Source: a virus (taxonomy: Duplodnaviria > Caudoviricetes). From it: a DNA stretch of 64,000 nt. This document shows positions 29,734-39,519 of this stretch, in pieces (position 1 is the first letter of the stretch; every line of letters begins with the position of its first letter). The DNA lies in IMG/VR virus record IMGVR_UViG_3300031111_000003, positions 2,165 through 66,164 of that record. The stretch is one strand, 5' to 3'. Below the pieces are notes generated by a model. The model was not told the DNA's origin. It did no database searches and saw nothing but the letters and a program-made list of their open reading frames with translations. Made by a program: the position numbers and the translations under genes.

Positions 29734-29863
29734 TGCTGTTCTCCTTTTGTCTTTGTGACTCTTGGAGGAGCGGGAGGGCCAGCCGTTCCGGCCCTCCCTT
29801 ACCTCAGATCCTCGGACAGCTCCGGAATGGTGAAGGAGCGGAGCTATCGGCGGGCTGCATTCC

Positions 29864-29892
29864 GTTATTCGCATTCGACTCTAGTAGCGTCA
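29864..29892 (-). promoter_or_regulatory. phage-specific promoter copy (TGACGC-N15-CGAATAAC)
   Basis: one of five copies with identical spacing; upstream of the RNA/peptide locus. Confidence 0.7.
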
Positions 29893-30215
29893 CAGGCTTT
29901 TTTCGCTTCGTCCAATATCTGTAGATGTAAAGAGCAAAGCCGTTCGAGCATGCCATGTTCTTGTAAGTATTGTGCAAGACTGTGTGCTCTCCTTCGGGTT
30001 TGTATATGGCGTACGGCACAAGTTCCCCATGGGATGGCGGTAACGCTCCACGTCCCATCTATTGTTTTATGATAACCAATTTCACCAAAGGAAAACCCGT
30101 TCACCTTTATCATCTCGGGTCCACAATCTCCCTTGACGAAGATGGTGAAGGAGCATTTCTTCGCTTTGGGAGCAATTCGGGAAGGTGCTGGCGGAGGAAC
30201 ACATCTACGTGCCAT
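29865..30215 (-). CDS. hypothetical protein
   Basis: GGAG SD; 116 aa, tightly packed. Confidence 0.55.
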   Translation of the reverse strand: MARRCVPPPAPSRIAPKAKKCSFTIFVKGDCGPEMIKVNGFSFGEIGYHKTIDGTWSVTAIPWGTCAVRHIQTRRRAHSLAQYLQEHGMLERLCSLHLQILDEAKKACDATRVECE

Positions 30216-30546
30216 AGTATGGAATTTCTCCTTCTGGCCCGTGGAACCGGGTCCAGTGGCTGATGAATAAGGCGACGTTCACGAGGGCGTCGAACGCCGC
30301 AGGATCCGCCACGAGTCGAGCTGCATCTTGCCGGGCCACGCGAGCCACCATAACCCAGGGGCGGTTTAATTCGTAGTTCCAGACCAGAATGAGTTCGTCT
30401 GTATCCGGCGGCAGCCGTTTCTCGATTGAAATCCACGCGGAGCAGAGCAGCTCTAATCGAGACCGACGTTGCCGTACTCGGCTGCTGCTACCTCCGCCAA
30501 CCACATGGCGTCCGCTTGGTTGTCGTCTCCGTCCCATGTTGGCCAC
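30205..30546 (-). CDS. DUF551-like protein (start uncertain)
   Basis: WISIEKRLP...SHW pattern. Confidence 0.45.
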   Translation of the reverse strand: MANMGRRRQPSGRHVVGGGSSSRVRQRRSRLELLCSAWISIEKRLPPDTDELILVWNYELNRPWVMVARVARQDAARLVADPAAFDALVNVALFISHWTRFHGPEGEIPYYGT

Positions 30547-30959
30547 TTCTCCTTGGCTGCTTCTATCATGGCCGGCTTGCCAGCGTTTCCTTTTCCTGTT
30601 GCAAATTTCTTGATCGTTCCTACCGGGATAGCGTAGTACGGAACCCCTTGGACTTCACATTCTTGTGTGATTGTAGCGATGATCCCACCGTAGATATGGG
30701 CGGCGTCTACCCCTTTATGTTTGCGTACTTCTTCGTATGCAACGAACAGCGGCTTTGTCAGTAGCAGTAGTTCTCGGAAGTAGGACAGCAGGCGAATGAA
30801 GCGCATACCTCCGCCTTCGTACCGCTTTGGGGCGAGATTCCACGTTCCCACTCCTTCTATGTCGGAGCAGCCGCGGACTGCCCAGCCACACTTCGTGCCT
30901 GGATCTACCGCGACAATACAATGCGTCACTTTCTTCTTGGGTCTTTTGCGTCTGGCCAT
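30453..30959 (-). CDS. RuvC-like Holliday junction resolvase
   Basis: AVDPGT..GWA, YEE, IKKFATGKGNA.K..M and DDN.ADA motifs. Confidence 0.88.
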   Translation of the reverse strand: MARRKRPKKKVTHCIVAVDPGTKCGWAVRGCSDIEGVGTWNLAPKRYEGGGMRFIRLLSYFRELLLLTKPLFVAYEEVRKHKGVDAAHIYGGIIATITQECEVQGVPYYAIPVGTIKKFATGKGNAGKPAMIEAAKEKWPTWDGDDNQADAMWLAEVAAAEYGNVGLD

Positions 30960-32068
30960 TAGAAGCGCCTCTTGCGTCCGAGCTTCATATCTTCCACGAC
31001 TTGGGTCCATGCTTTCTGAACCAAACGCTGAAGCTTTCGCTCCTTGTCATTATTTTCGATGTAGCGGATGAGAGTTTCTCGTTTGAGCTTCTGACGGAAG
31101 TGCTTGGCATTGATCTTCCCCTCCGCCTTCGACCATACTTTTTCTTGCAGGAGAAAGTCGATGTTGGCTCCGACATCGTCCACACCCAGGTCATAGAAAA
31201 TGTCGAACTCCACCGGCCAGCACTTGCCCGTGATCGAATTCTTTTCAAAATCGGCCCGTGTCCGGACACCGGAGGGACGGGCAACCCCACGAACTGTCTT
31301 TTTGTGCGTTTTGATCTTTTTGAGGAGAGGACGGGCATGGCTATAGAAGAACGGAGCTTCTCCGCCGGACGTGACCCACTTCTTGTCAAACGGAGTCCGG
31401 GCCTTCGTATTCTGGCGGAGCTGCTGGATAATGAGCAAGGCCGACTTTGAATTGGACATGCTCGAAGCTATCTGCCGCAGGACTTGGCCCCCGATTTTCG
31501 CTTTCTCCATGTTAAAGCTGCCGGCGATCTTCTTGACTGCCTCGTCTGACTTGGCCGCAGCCAGCGCCTTTCGCATGTCCTTTTCGAGCTCTTCGTCACT
31601 GGTCATAGCGTCGAAGCTGTCCAGAATGTAGATGAAAGGATCCTCCGAATCGCACAAGGTCAGTGCATTGTGTTTGAACAATTGCACCGTGCGGGATGTA
31701 TCCAGCGGCGGCGGTTCTATCCGCTCCGCAAGAGCGTGGCCGAACAGGTACTCCACGTCGAAGGACTGGCGGCGCTCCACATCGTCAAAGATCAGGCGGT
31801 AGTCGTCGAAGGCGGGCAGGGAACTGGCCATCGCCAGACTGGACAAGGCGATGAGTGTTTTGCCTGCGGATGAAACACCGGGCAGTGTAGAGATATTGCC
31901 CAGGGGCCATCCTCCATCAATATGGTCCGTCATGGCAAGATTCAGCAGAGTACATCCGGTGGGCAGGTAGCCGGTGATTTTGTGCTTCTTAAACTTGACC
32001 GGGCTCTTGCTTGTACTTCGTATCTGGTCCACTTCCGAGACACGGGATGGCTTTCGTTTACGCGCCAT
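30959..32068 (-). CDS. RecA/UvsX-like recombinase
   Basis: TG...L..A....GG.P.G, GVSSAGKT, ILDS, I.Q.R and SGG.A..FY motifs. Confidence 0.88.
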   Translation of the reverse strand: MARKRKPSRVSEVDQIRSTSKSPVKFKKHKITGYLPTGCTLLNLAMTDHIDGGWPLGNISTLPGVSSAGKTLIALSSLAMASSLPAFDDYRLIFDDVERRQSFDVEYLFGHALAERIEPPPLDTSRTVQLFKHNALTLCDSEDPFIYILDSFDAMTSDEELEKDMRKALAAAKSDEAVKKIAGSFNMEKAKIGGQVLRQIASSMSNSKSALLIIQQLRQNTKARTPFDKKWVTSGGEAPFFYSHARPLLKKIKTHKKTVRGVARPSGVRTRADFEKNSITGKCWPVEFDIFYDLGVDDVGANIDFLLQEKVWSKAEGKINAKHFRQKLKRETLIRYIENNDKERKLQRLVQKAWTQVVEDMKLGRKRRF

Positions 32069-32261
32069 TGATGAACTCCTTGAACCGTTTCTTGTCTATG
32101 TGGTAGTGTCCACCACTTCCCGGTTGCTTTACCATATCCGGGTATTGTTTTTTCCACTTCTGGAGCCACAAACGGAAGGCGGCCGGTGTCATATAGATGT
32201 TGAGTTTCTCCTCGTACATTTTCTGGGCTTCCGAGGAGTCTATCATATCGCCTTTTTGCAT
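32058..32261 (-). CDS. small putative HTH DNA-binding protein
   Basis: 67 aa; excisionase-like GG.Y.I.K..F..F ending. Confidence 0.45.
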   Translation of the reverse strand: MQKGDMIDSSEAQKMYEEKLNIYMTPAAFRLWLQKWKKQYPDMVKQPGSGGHYHIDKKRFKEFINGA

Positions 32262-32314
32262 TTGTACCTCCGGAAGTGGCCCCGACCCTTGTTTGGGTCG
32301 GGACCGTAGTAGTG

Positions 32315-33553
32315 TTACTTCTTCTTGCGCTTTTTGTTGCTTTTGTTGGCGATGCGGAGGTCGTCACAGTTCTCCCACAGCTCACAGTCGTCGCACTCGT
32401 CGTGCTTGTCTGTGTCTTTGCCGTAGGTGAAGCCGTGTGGGCACTTGCCTTTCTTCCTGGACCTGGACTTGGACTTGGACTTGGATTTGGATTTGGACTT
32501 CTTGGCCTTCCGCTTCGGAGCCGGCTCTTCTTCCTCCTCGTCCTCGTCGTCGTCGTCGGAGTCCTCGTCGTCCTCGTCGCCGTCGTCGGAGTCCTCGTCG
32601 TCCTCGTCCTCGTCGTCCTCGTCCTCGTCGTCCTCGTCCTCGTCGTCCTCGTCCTCGTCGTCCTCGTCCTCGTCGTCCTCGTCCTCGGGGTCGGGCCTGG
32701 ACTTCTTCTTGGATTTGGACTTCTTGCGACGCGGAGGCGTGTCATCATCGTCCTCGTCCTCGTCGTCCTCATCGTCCTCCCCTTCGGGGATTTCGTAGTA
32801 CAAACGATTGAGCTCCTTGTAGGACATGATCTTGAGGACTTCTTCTAGGCAGACAGCCTGGTCCAGAATCTCCTCATCGAGAGGCTCATCCCGCTCGAGG
32901 AAGTCCACCCGGGAGATTTCGAAGAACTCCCGTTTGTTGAACGTCTTCTCCTCGAACAAGCACTGCAGATCGAATCCGTCCTCGTCGGGCAGGAAGTAAC
33001 CGGCCCACAGCTCGTCCCCGTCCTCCAGCCACTTGTCCATCTGCTTGCCGAAGTTGTGGTACGAAACGTCCCACAGCCGCACTTCGTCCCGGCGGAAGTC
33101 GTAGACGTTGTACAGCTCCCGATCCTTGGCACGCTGGGAGCCAATGATCTTCTTGTTGACCTCGTAGTCCTGGCGCAGGCGCTGGATGTCTTCGCAGATC
33201 GGACAGGGCTTGCCGAAGGTTGTCGGACAGATCACCATCCGCTTGTTGGCGCCGATGTTACCGTGGTACTTGTACGGCAGTCGGTACCACATCGATCCCT
33301 TGGGAGCCCGGCCGTTCCCGTTGTCCGGATGATCATCGATGGACACGATATACGGCAAGATGGCGATCTTGCACTTGGGGCGAGGAGAGAACATCTCTCC
33401 ATCGAATGCCAGAGTGCTGGATCCGCTCCTTTCTTTCTGTCGCTCTTTCGCCCTGGCGCGAGCGTTTTCACGCGCCTGTTGTGCTGCGGCCTTGCGGGCG
33501 TTGGCCTTCTTCTTGCCCTTACCGCCCTTGTTACCTTTCTTTGCTCTTGCCAT
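32315..33553 (-). CDS. gp32-like single-stranded DNA-binding protein with long acidic tract and C-terminal 4-Cys module
   Basis: H.....CP..FG.PCPICE, R.LYNV.D; D/E tract; lies between UvsY-like and RecA-like genes. Confidence 0.75.
   Translation of the reverse strand: MARAKKGNKGGKGKKKANARKAAAQQARENARARAKERQKERSGSSTLAFDGEMFSPRPKCKIAILPYIVSIDDHPDNGNGRAPKGSMWYRLPYKYHGNIGANKRMVICPTTFGKPCPICEDIQRLRQDYEVNKKIIGSQRAKDRELYNVYDFRRDEVRLWDVSYHNFGKQMDKWLEDGDELWAGYFLPDEDGFDLQCLFEEKTFNKREFFEISRVDFLERDEPLDEEILDQAVCLEEVLKIMSYKELNRLYYEIPEGEDDEDDEDEDDDDTPPRRKKSKSKKKSRPDPEDEDDEDEDDEDEDDEDEDDEDEDDEDEDDEDSDDGDEDDEDSDDDDEDEEEEEPAPKRKAKKSKSKSKSKSKSRSRKKGKCPHGFTYGKDTDKHDECDDCELWENCDDLRIANKSNKKRKKK
32530..32690 (-). 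repeat. GAC/GAG low-complexity tandem repeat (15-bp period) encoding poly-D/E
   Basis: (TCGTCGTCCTCGTCC)n on the + strand. Confidence 0.9.
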
Positions 33554-33688
33554 TGTCGTCCTCCTGTATCGGATAGGATTTGCGCATGACGTCGAACTTT
33601 GCTCGATGCCACGCTTGTGAAACCAGTTTTGTCGCCGCGTATATGATGAAAGGGGCCAAAAAGACTCCTAGGATCCACAGTAATGTTT

Positions 33689-34201
33689 TCACTTAGGAGC
33701 CCTCCTTCGTCCCTTCTTTTTGTCATGGCGGGCGGCCGCGTCAGCAGCTCGATCTCGAGCTTTTTCTCGAGCTTGGGCGTATTCCTCGGTCAGGTTTCTC
33801 GGGACTCTGGGTCCGGCGAAGTATTGCTGCCCGTGCAAGATCACCAAGTTCTCCAGCGCGGCCTTCCGTTGGTGGAAGGCAAACACAGCCGCGTCAAGGA
33901 TATCGGCTTCAAACTCTGCTGTGATCTGTTCTTCTTTTGCCTCGATGTAATCCGGATGGGCACGCACCCAAGCGTCCACCGTTGGTCCCGTCGGGGTGCA
34001 CCCAATCAATTTCTTGCCTCCGCTGTGGGCCTGCATTATTAGTTCGGAGCGTATGGTCTTGAGTTTTTCGTGTGTCCGTTTGGCTCGAAGAAGCGCCTTG
34101 GCTTTCTTGCGAGAGTACTTCATAAACAACTTGGGCTGCTCCAGCCACTCTACATCGAGCGCCTCGGTGTCTATTGTCAGTTCTCGTTCATATTTGTTCA
34201 T
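33689..34201 (-). CDS. UvsY-like recombination mediator
   Basis: L.ID...LD.EW..QP......, T...V.A....HP.Y, F.QRK.AL..LV.L....YF pattern; next to the SSB. Confidence 0.6.
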   Translation of the reverse strand: MNKYERELTIDTEALDVEWLEQPKLFMKYSRKKAKALLRAKRTHEKLKTIRSELIMQAHSGGKKLIGCTPTGPTVDAWVRAHPDYIEAKEEQITAEFEADILDAAVFAFHQRKAALENLVILHGQQYFAGPRVPRNLTEEYAQAREKARDRAADAAARHDKKKGRRRAPK

Positions 34202-34221
34202 TGTACCCTCCTTTCTCTGCT

Positions 34222-34250
34222 GTTATTCGGCTCCGTGTTAGTTTGCGTCT
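34222..34250 (-). promoter_or_regulatory. phage-specific promoter copy (AGACGC-N15-CGAATAAC)
   Basis: intergenic, just upstream of the AAGGAGG SD of the UvsY-like gene. Confidence 0.75.
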
Positions 34251-35178
34251 ATTCGGCCACCAACGCTTCGTAGCACGCCATGGTCAGGCCGGCACGGCCG
34301 GTATCGTAGAAAGGAGCACGGAACGAGTCCATAACTACATACGCGGACTCATCTCCACCAAGCATGACTTTGTCGAAGTATGCAAGGATCTTCCGCCTGA
34401 TAGATTCTGGATCTTCTTTTTCCAGTTCCTTCAACATGGGTAGGATCTTCTCCCAAGATACGTGTTTGAGCAAAGCACGACAAAGTGCTATCACAATGTC
34501 TTGCTTCTCAGCCGCTTTCTTTGCGGCAGCCACCATTTCGTCGGGATCAAGCCCTGCTACCTTGTCCAGAATAGCTAGGGCGAAGCCGGGACTGCCGAGA
34601 CAGTCTCGGCAGACTTGGTTGAGAAGCTGCTTCGTCGGCCGAATCCCCTCCGCTTTTGCCACACGCTTTAACAGCCCACGGATTTGTGCATCCGTCAACA
34701 TGCCCACCGTGTACTCCGCCAATCGGCGGCGAAACGTCGGCTTGAACGTCGACGGCTCGGTCGTGGCTAGGAGGAACCATGTTTTCGCAGGAGGATGCTC
34801 CAGCAGTTTGAGAATGGCCTCTCGAGCATCGGTGCTGAGTTTGTGGCACTCATCGAGCAGCCAGACACGAGCTGGGCCGGAGGGAGCATATTGGCTTTTC
34901 CGACGGATGTCCCTCACCATATCCTTCCCACCGAAATCTGAGGCGTTGATTTCATGGTAGTCGGGTGAGCCGGCAGGGTTCTTGGGGTTGAGGCTACCTA
35001 ATTCAATGGCAAGGATTCTCGCCAGGGTTGTCTTGCCACATCCGGCGGGTCCGGTAAACAACATGGCCCGGTTGCACTTGTCCTTACGGGACAAAGCGGA
35101 TTGCAGAGCGCGAACGACATCCTCATTGCCTCGGACCTCTTCAAACGACGTCGGTCTATAATCTATGTGTAATGGCAT
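34249..35178 (-). CDS. clamp loader AAA+ subunit (DnaX gamma/RFC-like)
   Basis: YRP..F.EV.GN, GPAGCGKTT, LDECH, LK.LE.PP and ATTEP motifs. Confidence 0.88.
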   Translation of the reverse strand: MPLHIDYRPTSFEEVRGNEDVVRALQSALSRKDKCNRAMLFTGPAGCGKTTLARILAIELGSLNPKNPAGSPDYHEINASDFGGKDMVRDIRRKSQYAPSGPARVWLLDECHKLSTDAREAILKLLEHPPAKTWFLLATTEPSTFKPTFRRRLAEYTVGMLTDAQIRGLLKRVAKAEGIRPTKQLLNQVCRDCLGSPGFALAILDKVAGLDPDEMVAAAKKAAEKQDIVIALCRALLKHVSWEKILPMLKELEKEDPESIRRKILAYFDKVMLGGDESAYVVMDSFRAPFYDTGRAGLTMACYEALVAE

Positions 35179-35396
35179 CAGATCAGCCCCTTCTTCTGAA
35201 GAATCCACGTTGTAATTTTGATGGACATTTCAAAATCGAGATCGCCCTTGTCGTGGAGGATGGCCACATCCACTTCATCAATTTGTGACTTGGGAATGAT
35301 GACTTCCTTGTTGGTCAATTCCGGTATTTTGAGAATGAACGCAGCGTCTAATTCGCGTATCCAAATGGCGTCATACTCTAAGTATTCGTACCCCAT
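35178..35396 (-). CDS. hypothetical protein
   Basis: GGAGG SD; IPKSQI...W...KGL. Confidence 0.55.
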   Translation of the reverse strand: MGYEYLEYDAIWIRELDAAFILKIPELTNKEVIIPKSQIDEVDVAILHDKGDLDFEMSIKITTWILQKKGLI

Positions 35397-35406
35397 TTCA
35401 GACCTC

Positions 35407-36804
35407 CTACTGTATTATATACTTTTCAGCAGTATTCCAAGATGAGTCGACCGGTGCCACATCTGCATCAACTTCTAACGGCACAATGATCCACGGCCAC
35501 GCTTCCGGCAGCTCCTTAGTCATAACCCGTTGTGCTGTCTGCAATACGTACTGTGTTTCATCTGGATGGAAGTCAAACAAAATACTGTCGTGAATTTGTC
35601 CCACGATTTTGGTCCGCCAATTCTCTTCGTGCATGATCTGATTCAGTCGGATCAAAGACCACAGCAGCATGTGGAAGGAGGTCCCTTGCACGGGAAAGTT
35701 GATGACCTGATTGTGCCGCATGTGTCCCAGGCAGCGGAACCCGGTCTTGAGATCCACATACCCTCGGCGTTCATACTTAATAATCTGCCGTCTTTTCCAC
35801 TCGGCGTACACCGGGAACCGGTCATACCAGAATCGGTGCTCCACCTCTTCCAAGTGATCCAGGAAGTCGTTGTACGACCGGATGCCTTTCTTGGTCAGAT
35901 GACGCCGCATGGGAACACCTTTTGCCGTCTTGAGCTGCAAAAGGTCTATCTCGTCCCACAGGTCCTGGGCGACTTGGGCAAAGTAACTTCCGTAGAACTC
36001 GGGGAAAACGTATTTGTTTTTGCCGCAGTGCCGCAGCATTTTGTAGATGGGAGATCCTTTCTCCCCCATATCCGCTGTGGACAGTTTGTAGCACTCCATT
36101 GCCATATCTCGGTGCATGTCTCGCTTGGAATTGGTCAGCTCGTCATACATGCCTGGATCTTTGTGATAGCAGTAAGCTGTCCGGATCTCGGCTCCAGAAA
36201 AGTCAACCTCACCAAGCTGGTGCCCGGGTCGGGCCATTATGGCCCTACGGACAATCCGCATGATGTATTCTACCCGCTTGGGGAAGTTCTGTGCGTTTGG
36301 ATCCGAACTGGAGGAGCGGAAGGTGCCCACCCTGGACAGATGGAAAAAGGGATGTAACCGCCAGGATCCATCCGGATATAGTACCGTCTCCCGCATGATT
36401 CGGTCTAGCACCTTCGCGGCTTCCTTAAGTCGGGATAGGCCCACAATATGTTCAACCGCGGGCAGACGTAGAGCTTCCAAAGCCCCCTGGGAAGTGGATG
36501 GATTGCCCTTCTCCGTGAACGTCTTGGCTTTGTACCCAAGCACGTTGTATACGATGTCGGCCATCTGCTCGTTAGAGTCCCAGTTCATTCGCCGGCCGTA
36601 CTTCTTCTTCCACTGCTTGACGAGATCGGTGGAAGCCAGGCGGGAGTGCAGCTTTTTCGTCTGCCTGTCCAGGTGTTTGCGTTTGCGCTGGCAGTACTCC
36701 ACATCAACATGAAGGCCGGCCGCGGTGACCTCGGTCAGCGCTAGGGTTCCATCATGCAAGAATTTATATGCTTGCGGAGTTCGTGGATGCAAAGTGATCG
36801 ACAC
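35407..36804 (-). CDS. family A DNA polymerase, polymerase domain only
   Basis: T.R.SSS.PN.QN.P, motif A DFSGAEIR, motif B R..GKN..VFP.FYG, N.PVQG, motif C QIHDS. Confidence 0.9.
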   Translation of the reverse strand: MSITLHPRTPQAYKFLHDGTLALTEVTAAGLHVDVEYCQRKRKHLDRQTKKLHSRLASTDLVKQWKKKYGRRMNWDSNEQMADIVYNVLGYKAKTFTEKGNPSTSQGALEALRLPAVEHIVGLSRLKEAAKVLDRIMRETVLYPDGSWRLHPFFHLSRVGTFRSSSSDPNAQNFPKRVEYIMRIVRRAIMARPGHQLGEVDFSGAEIRTAYCYHKDPGMYDELTNSKRDMHRDMAMECYKLSTADMGEKGSPIYKMLRHCGKNKYVFPEFYGSYFAQVAQDLWDEIDLLQLKTAKGVPMRRHLTKKGIRSYNDFLDHLEEVEHRFWYDRFPVYAEWKRRQIIKYERRGYVDLKTGFRCLGHMRHNQVINFPVQGTSFHMLLWSLIRLNQIMHEENWRTKIVGQIHDSILFDFHPDETQYVLQTAQRVMTKELPEAWPWIIVPLEVDADVAPVDSSWNTAEKYIIQ

Positions 36805-38053
36805 CGATCAGCTCCATTTGTTTGCGGGCCAGCATCATTTCATAGATGGAGTCAAGCCCGTTGTACGTTAACAGAGTGTTCCAACCATCCTTTTCTTGCA
36901 CCAGCTTGAAGATCTTGTTCTTTGCGTTGGCTCCGTATTTCTTTACATCCTGTGGACTGGAGTGCAGCCAAGTACCCATGTGACTATCGTAGTCGATCAC
37001 ACCAAAGTTGACGTACGTTTGAAATTTGAGGCTGGTGATATATGAGCGGTTGTCTATAATATGTGCCGCTAGTTGAGAATCCCACTGCCATCCCTGTACT
37101 ATTGTTTTGAGATCGTGCCCCGCCCATAGATGTTCAAATCCCATGTTGTGCGCTCCCTTACCCACACTCCAGTCGGAGAGTAAGCGCCGTAGGTGCACTC
37201 TCCGACTCTTGTGTCGTGGCATGGGGAAAGCTATCACATCCAGGTCAGGGGTGCAGATAGAACAAGAAACGATTCGGTGCCCCTTGGCGTACGGGCGAAT
37301 CCCTGTTGTCTCCCAGTCAAATACAAAGAAGGGGGATTGCAGATGGATTCGTTCAAGCTCTTGGTCCAATAGGTTCGGGTTCATGATTTGGCGGATCCGC
37401 TTGGCTTCATCCCCGTATTTGGGAAAAGGTGTCTCAAGTATGGTGCGGACGGCGTTTTCCAGATCCATTTCAAACAGGAGCTGAACGGATGGATCCTTTT
37501 CCGACCGATTGACGTAGGCCGGATGCCAAGTAGGACAAAGCCAACAGCCGAGGTCCTGGTCCGGTATCGTGAAACCCCGCCAGCGTTTGATCGCGTTGAC
37601 TCCCATTTTGTCGCCGATCCAGCGGTGCTGAATAACGGATTTGAGAGCAGGCAGGCCCATGACGATGATGCCACGGGGCTTGAGCCGTTTGATCTCCTTG
37701 AACAAGCGAGGGCGGCAGTATGCTATCTGTTGATCGGTAGGCGTCTTGTTCTTTTCAGGTCGGCAGATGTTAGCGTTGGTTCGCCACAGATCCAAGTCCA
37801 AGTCCAAGCCCATTCGCTCCAGGACCCGAGTCACGGTTCGTCTGGAGCGACCGACAAGTGGCTTCCCAACACGGTCCTCTCGTCCACCGGGCGCTTCCAG
37901 AACCAAGAGAATTCCCTTGCGCCCCTTACCGGCCGTATCCATTTTTGGAGAGAGGCAGTGCTTATACAAGCCACAAGCACCACACCCCGTCGCTTTTTTG
38001 GCAATGTCCACTTTGACCGTGGTCTGGTCCGCGGTGAAGAAGCCCTTGGACAT
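36764..38053 (-). CDS. uracil-DNA-glycosylase family 4-like domain fused to 3'-5' exonuclease (N-terminal polymerase half)
   Basis: C..C.L...C, EAPG..ED..G.P.VG, CRP.....P......C, HPAY; Exo motifs DWETTG, HN..FE, Y...D. Confidence 0.85.
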   Translation of the reverse strand: MSKGFFTADQTTVKVDIAKKATGCGACGLYKHCLSPKMDTAGKGRKGILLVLEAPGGREDRVGKPLVGRSRRTVTRVLERMGLDLDLDLWRTNANICRPEKNKTPTDQQIAYCRPRLFKEIKRLKPRGIIVMGLPALKSVIQHRWIGDKMGVNAIKRWRGFTIPDQDLGCWLCPTWHPAYVNRSEKDPSVQLLFEMDLENAVRTILETPFPKYGDEAKRIRQIMNPNLLDQELERIHLQSPFFVFDWETTGIRPYAKGHRIVSCSICTPDLDVIAFPMPRHKSRRVHLRRLLSDWSVGKGAHNMGFEHLWAGHDLKTIVQGWQWDSQLAAHIIDNRSYITSLKFQTYVNFGVIDYDSHMGTWLHSSPQDVKKYGANAKNKIFKLVQEKDGWNTLLTYNGLDSIYEMMLARKQMELIGVDHFASTNSASI

Positions 38054-38229
38054 GGGCTACCACCAGAATCCGCCCCACCACAGCAGGGCGTTCCAAATGA
38101 AAAGCCGGAAAAGAGCTAGACGAAGATCATATGTTTTTTGGAGTATGGGCTGTCCGTGCTTTGCAAGGTTTACACCAAGTATCAGGGACATATACACTAT
38201 CAAAATGATTTGTGGGGCATACATATCTT

Positions 38230-39249
38230 TTACTCCTCGGTCTCGTCTTCTTCCCCGAACAGTGAAACCACGTGGGAGAACGTGTCCGTATTGAACAGAA
38301 TGGCATGCTCCCCCAGGAGGGCCTTGCCCGAGTGCTTCAGGATTTCGCGGAGCATATGTGGGTTCAGACGTGCGGTCGTCTCCGGGCCTTTGTACTTGAT
38401 TTTGTAACGCCCCTCGAACCAGCCGCTGGCACCGTCCGACCGGATCTTGAGCTTGCCCGGCTTGAACGTGAGCTTCACCGCGGCTTCGAGACGGTGCTCC
38501 GCGTCGATGAAGACAGAAGCCGATTCCAGAAGGTCGGTGATGCCCTTTTTGGGTAGGATGACCTTGGTGCCCTTGTCCGGATACAACCGGGACAAGTCCG
38601 GATAGTCTTCGCTATAGGTTCTGCACGAGAAAACGATTCCGTCTCGGGTCCGGAAGTGGAGCCAGCCTTCTGATGTTTGGAGCGTTCGTATGGGGAAATT
38701 TCGCAGGTGCTCAGCATAGCGACCTGGAATCAGCACGGCCTTCTTGACGCCGGTGTCGAGCGGGAACCGGGTCAAACGGAAGTTGTCACACGACTCGACC
38801 AGATCCGGAGCGACGTGGATGCAGGTCAAGAGAGGTCGGGAGGCATCATCACTGACGCTGAACATGCACGCTCGGATGGCGTCCAGCAGATTCTTGTGCA
38901 ACCGCTTCTTCTTGCCAGGCTTGCCCATTTGCGGGACTAGCTCCACCGTCTGGCGTCGGACTCCCGACTTGAATCCCTTGCCGGTGATCCGGAGCTCTTT
39001 TTTCAAGCTCTTGATTTCGATCTCGTCCTGGTCCACTTTGTGGAGCAGATCATGCAGTTCCTGGGCGTTGACGGCACCCTCCAGGTCGGCACAGTCCTCC
39101 GGAAGGGGCGCTTGGACACAAATCTCGTCATTGAACGTGGTCACGGTCCCGTCCACGAACAAGAATGTGTTGGATTGTTCGACGATCTCCTTCTTGGCCA
39201 GACCCGGGCGGACCTGTTCCAAGGTGGACAAAAGTAGTTGGCGGTTCAT
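38230..39249 (-). CDS. sliding clamp (DNA pol III beta-like)
   Basis: 339 aa; FSVS.D.SRP.L..IH, .CD..RL and YPD motifs; near the clamp loader and polymerase. Confidence 0.75.
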   Translation of the reverse strand: MNRQLLLSTLEQVRPGLAKKEIVEQSNTFLFVDGTVTTFNDEICVQAPLPEDCADLEGAVNAQELHDLLHKVDQDEIEIKSLKKELRITGKGFKSGVRRQTVELVPQMGKPGKKKRLHKNLLDAIRACMFSVSDDASRPLLTCIHVAPDLVESCDNFRLTRFPLDTGVKKAVLIPGRYAEHLRNFPIRTLQTSEGWLHFRTRDGIVFSCRTYSEDYPDLSRLYPDKGTKVILPKKGITDLLESASVFIDAEHRLEAAVKLTFKPGKLKIRSDGASGWFEGRYKIKYKGPETTARLNPHMLREILKHSGKALLGEHAILFNTDTFSHVVSLFGEEDETEE

Positions 39250-39519
39250 TTGTGGCTCCTTTTCGGTCTACAGAGAAAACAACGAACAGGTACAAACCGT
39301 GCTTGGAAATTTATAACACGATCGTACAAAGAGGAGACGTTATGTGTTTCTAGAACGCAATGATATTTCTCACACCAGAAGGTGAAGCTGAACTTGTCAT
39401 GCTCCACGTTGCATTTATGTATATGTGGACAAGTTACAAGACATAATTTGTTCTTTTCAGCTTGTTTTTGTATTGCTTCGAGTGAAGCAATAAAAATTTC
39501 TGCTCGCTTCTTTGGTTTT

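Noticed and set aside
28900-29860. tRNA, tmRNA or RNase P gene in the non-coding gap
   Set aside because: No TTCRA T-loop with acceptor stem and CCA, and no GAGGAAAGTCC RNase P signature seen.
31942-32848. Overlapping ORFs with poly-Ser, poly-Val/Leu or Thr/Arg repeats (also at 42398-43381)
   Set aside because: Alternative-frame shadows of the GAC/GAG acidic tracts.
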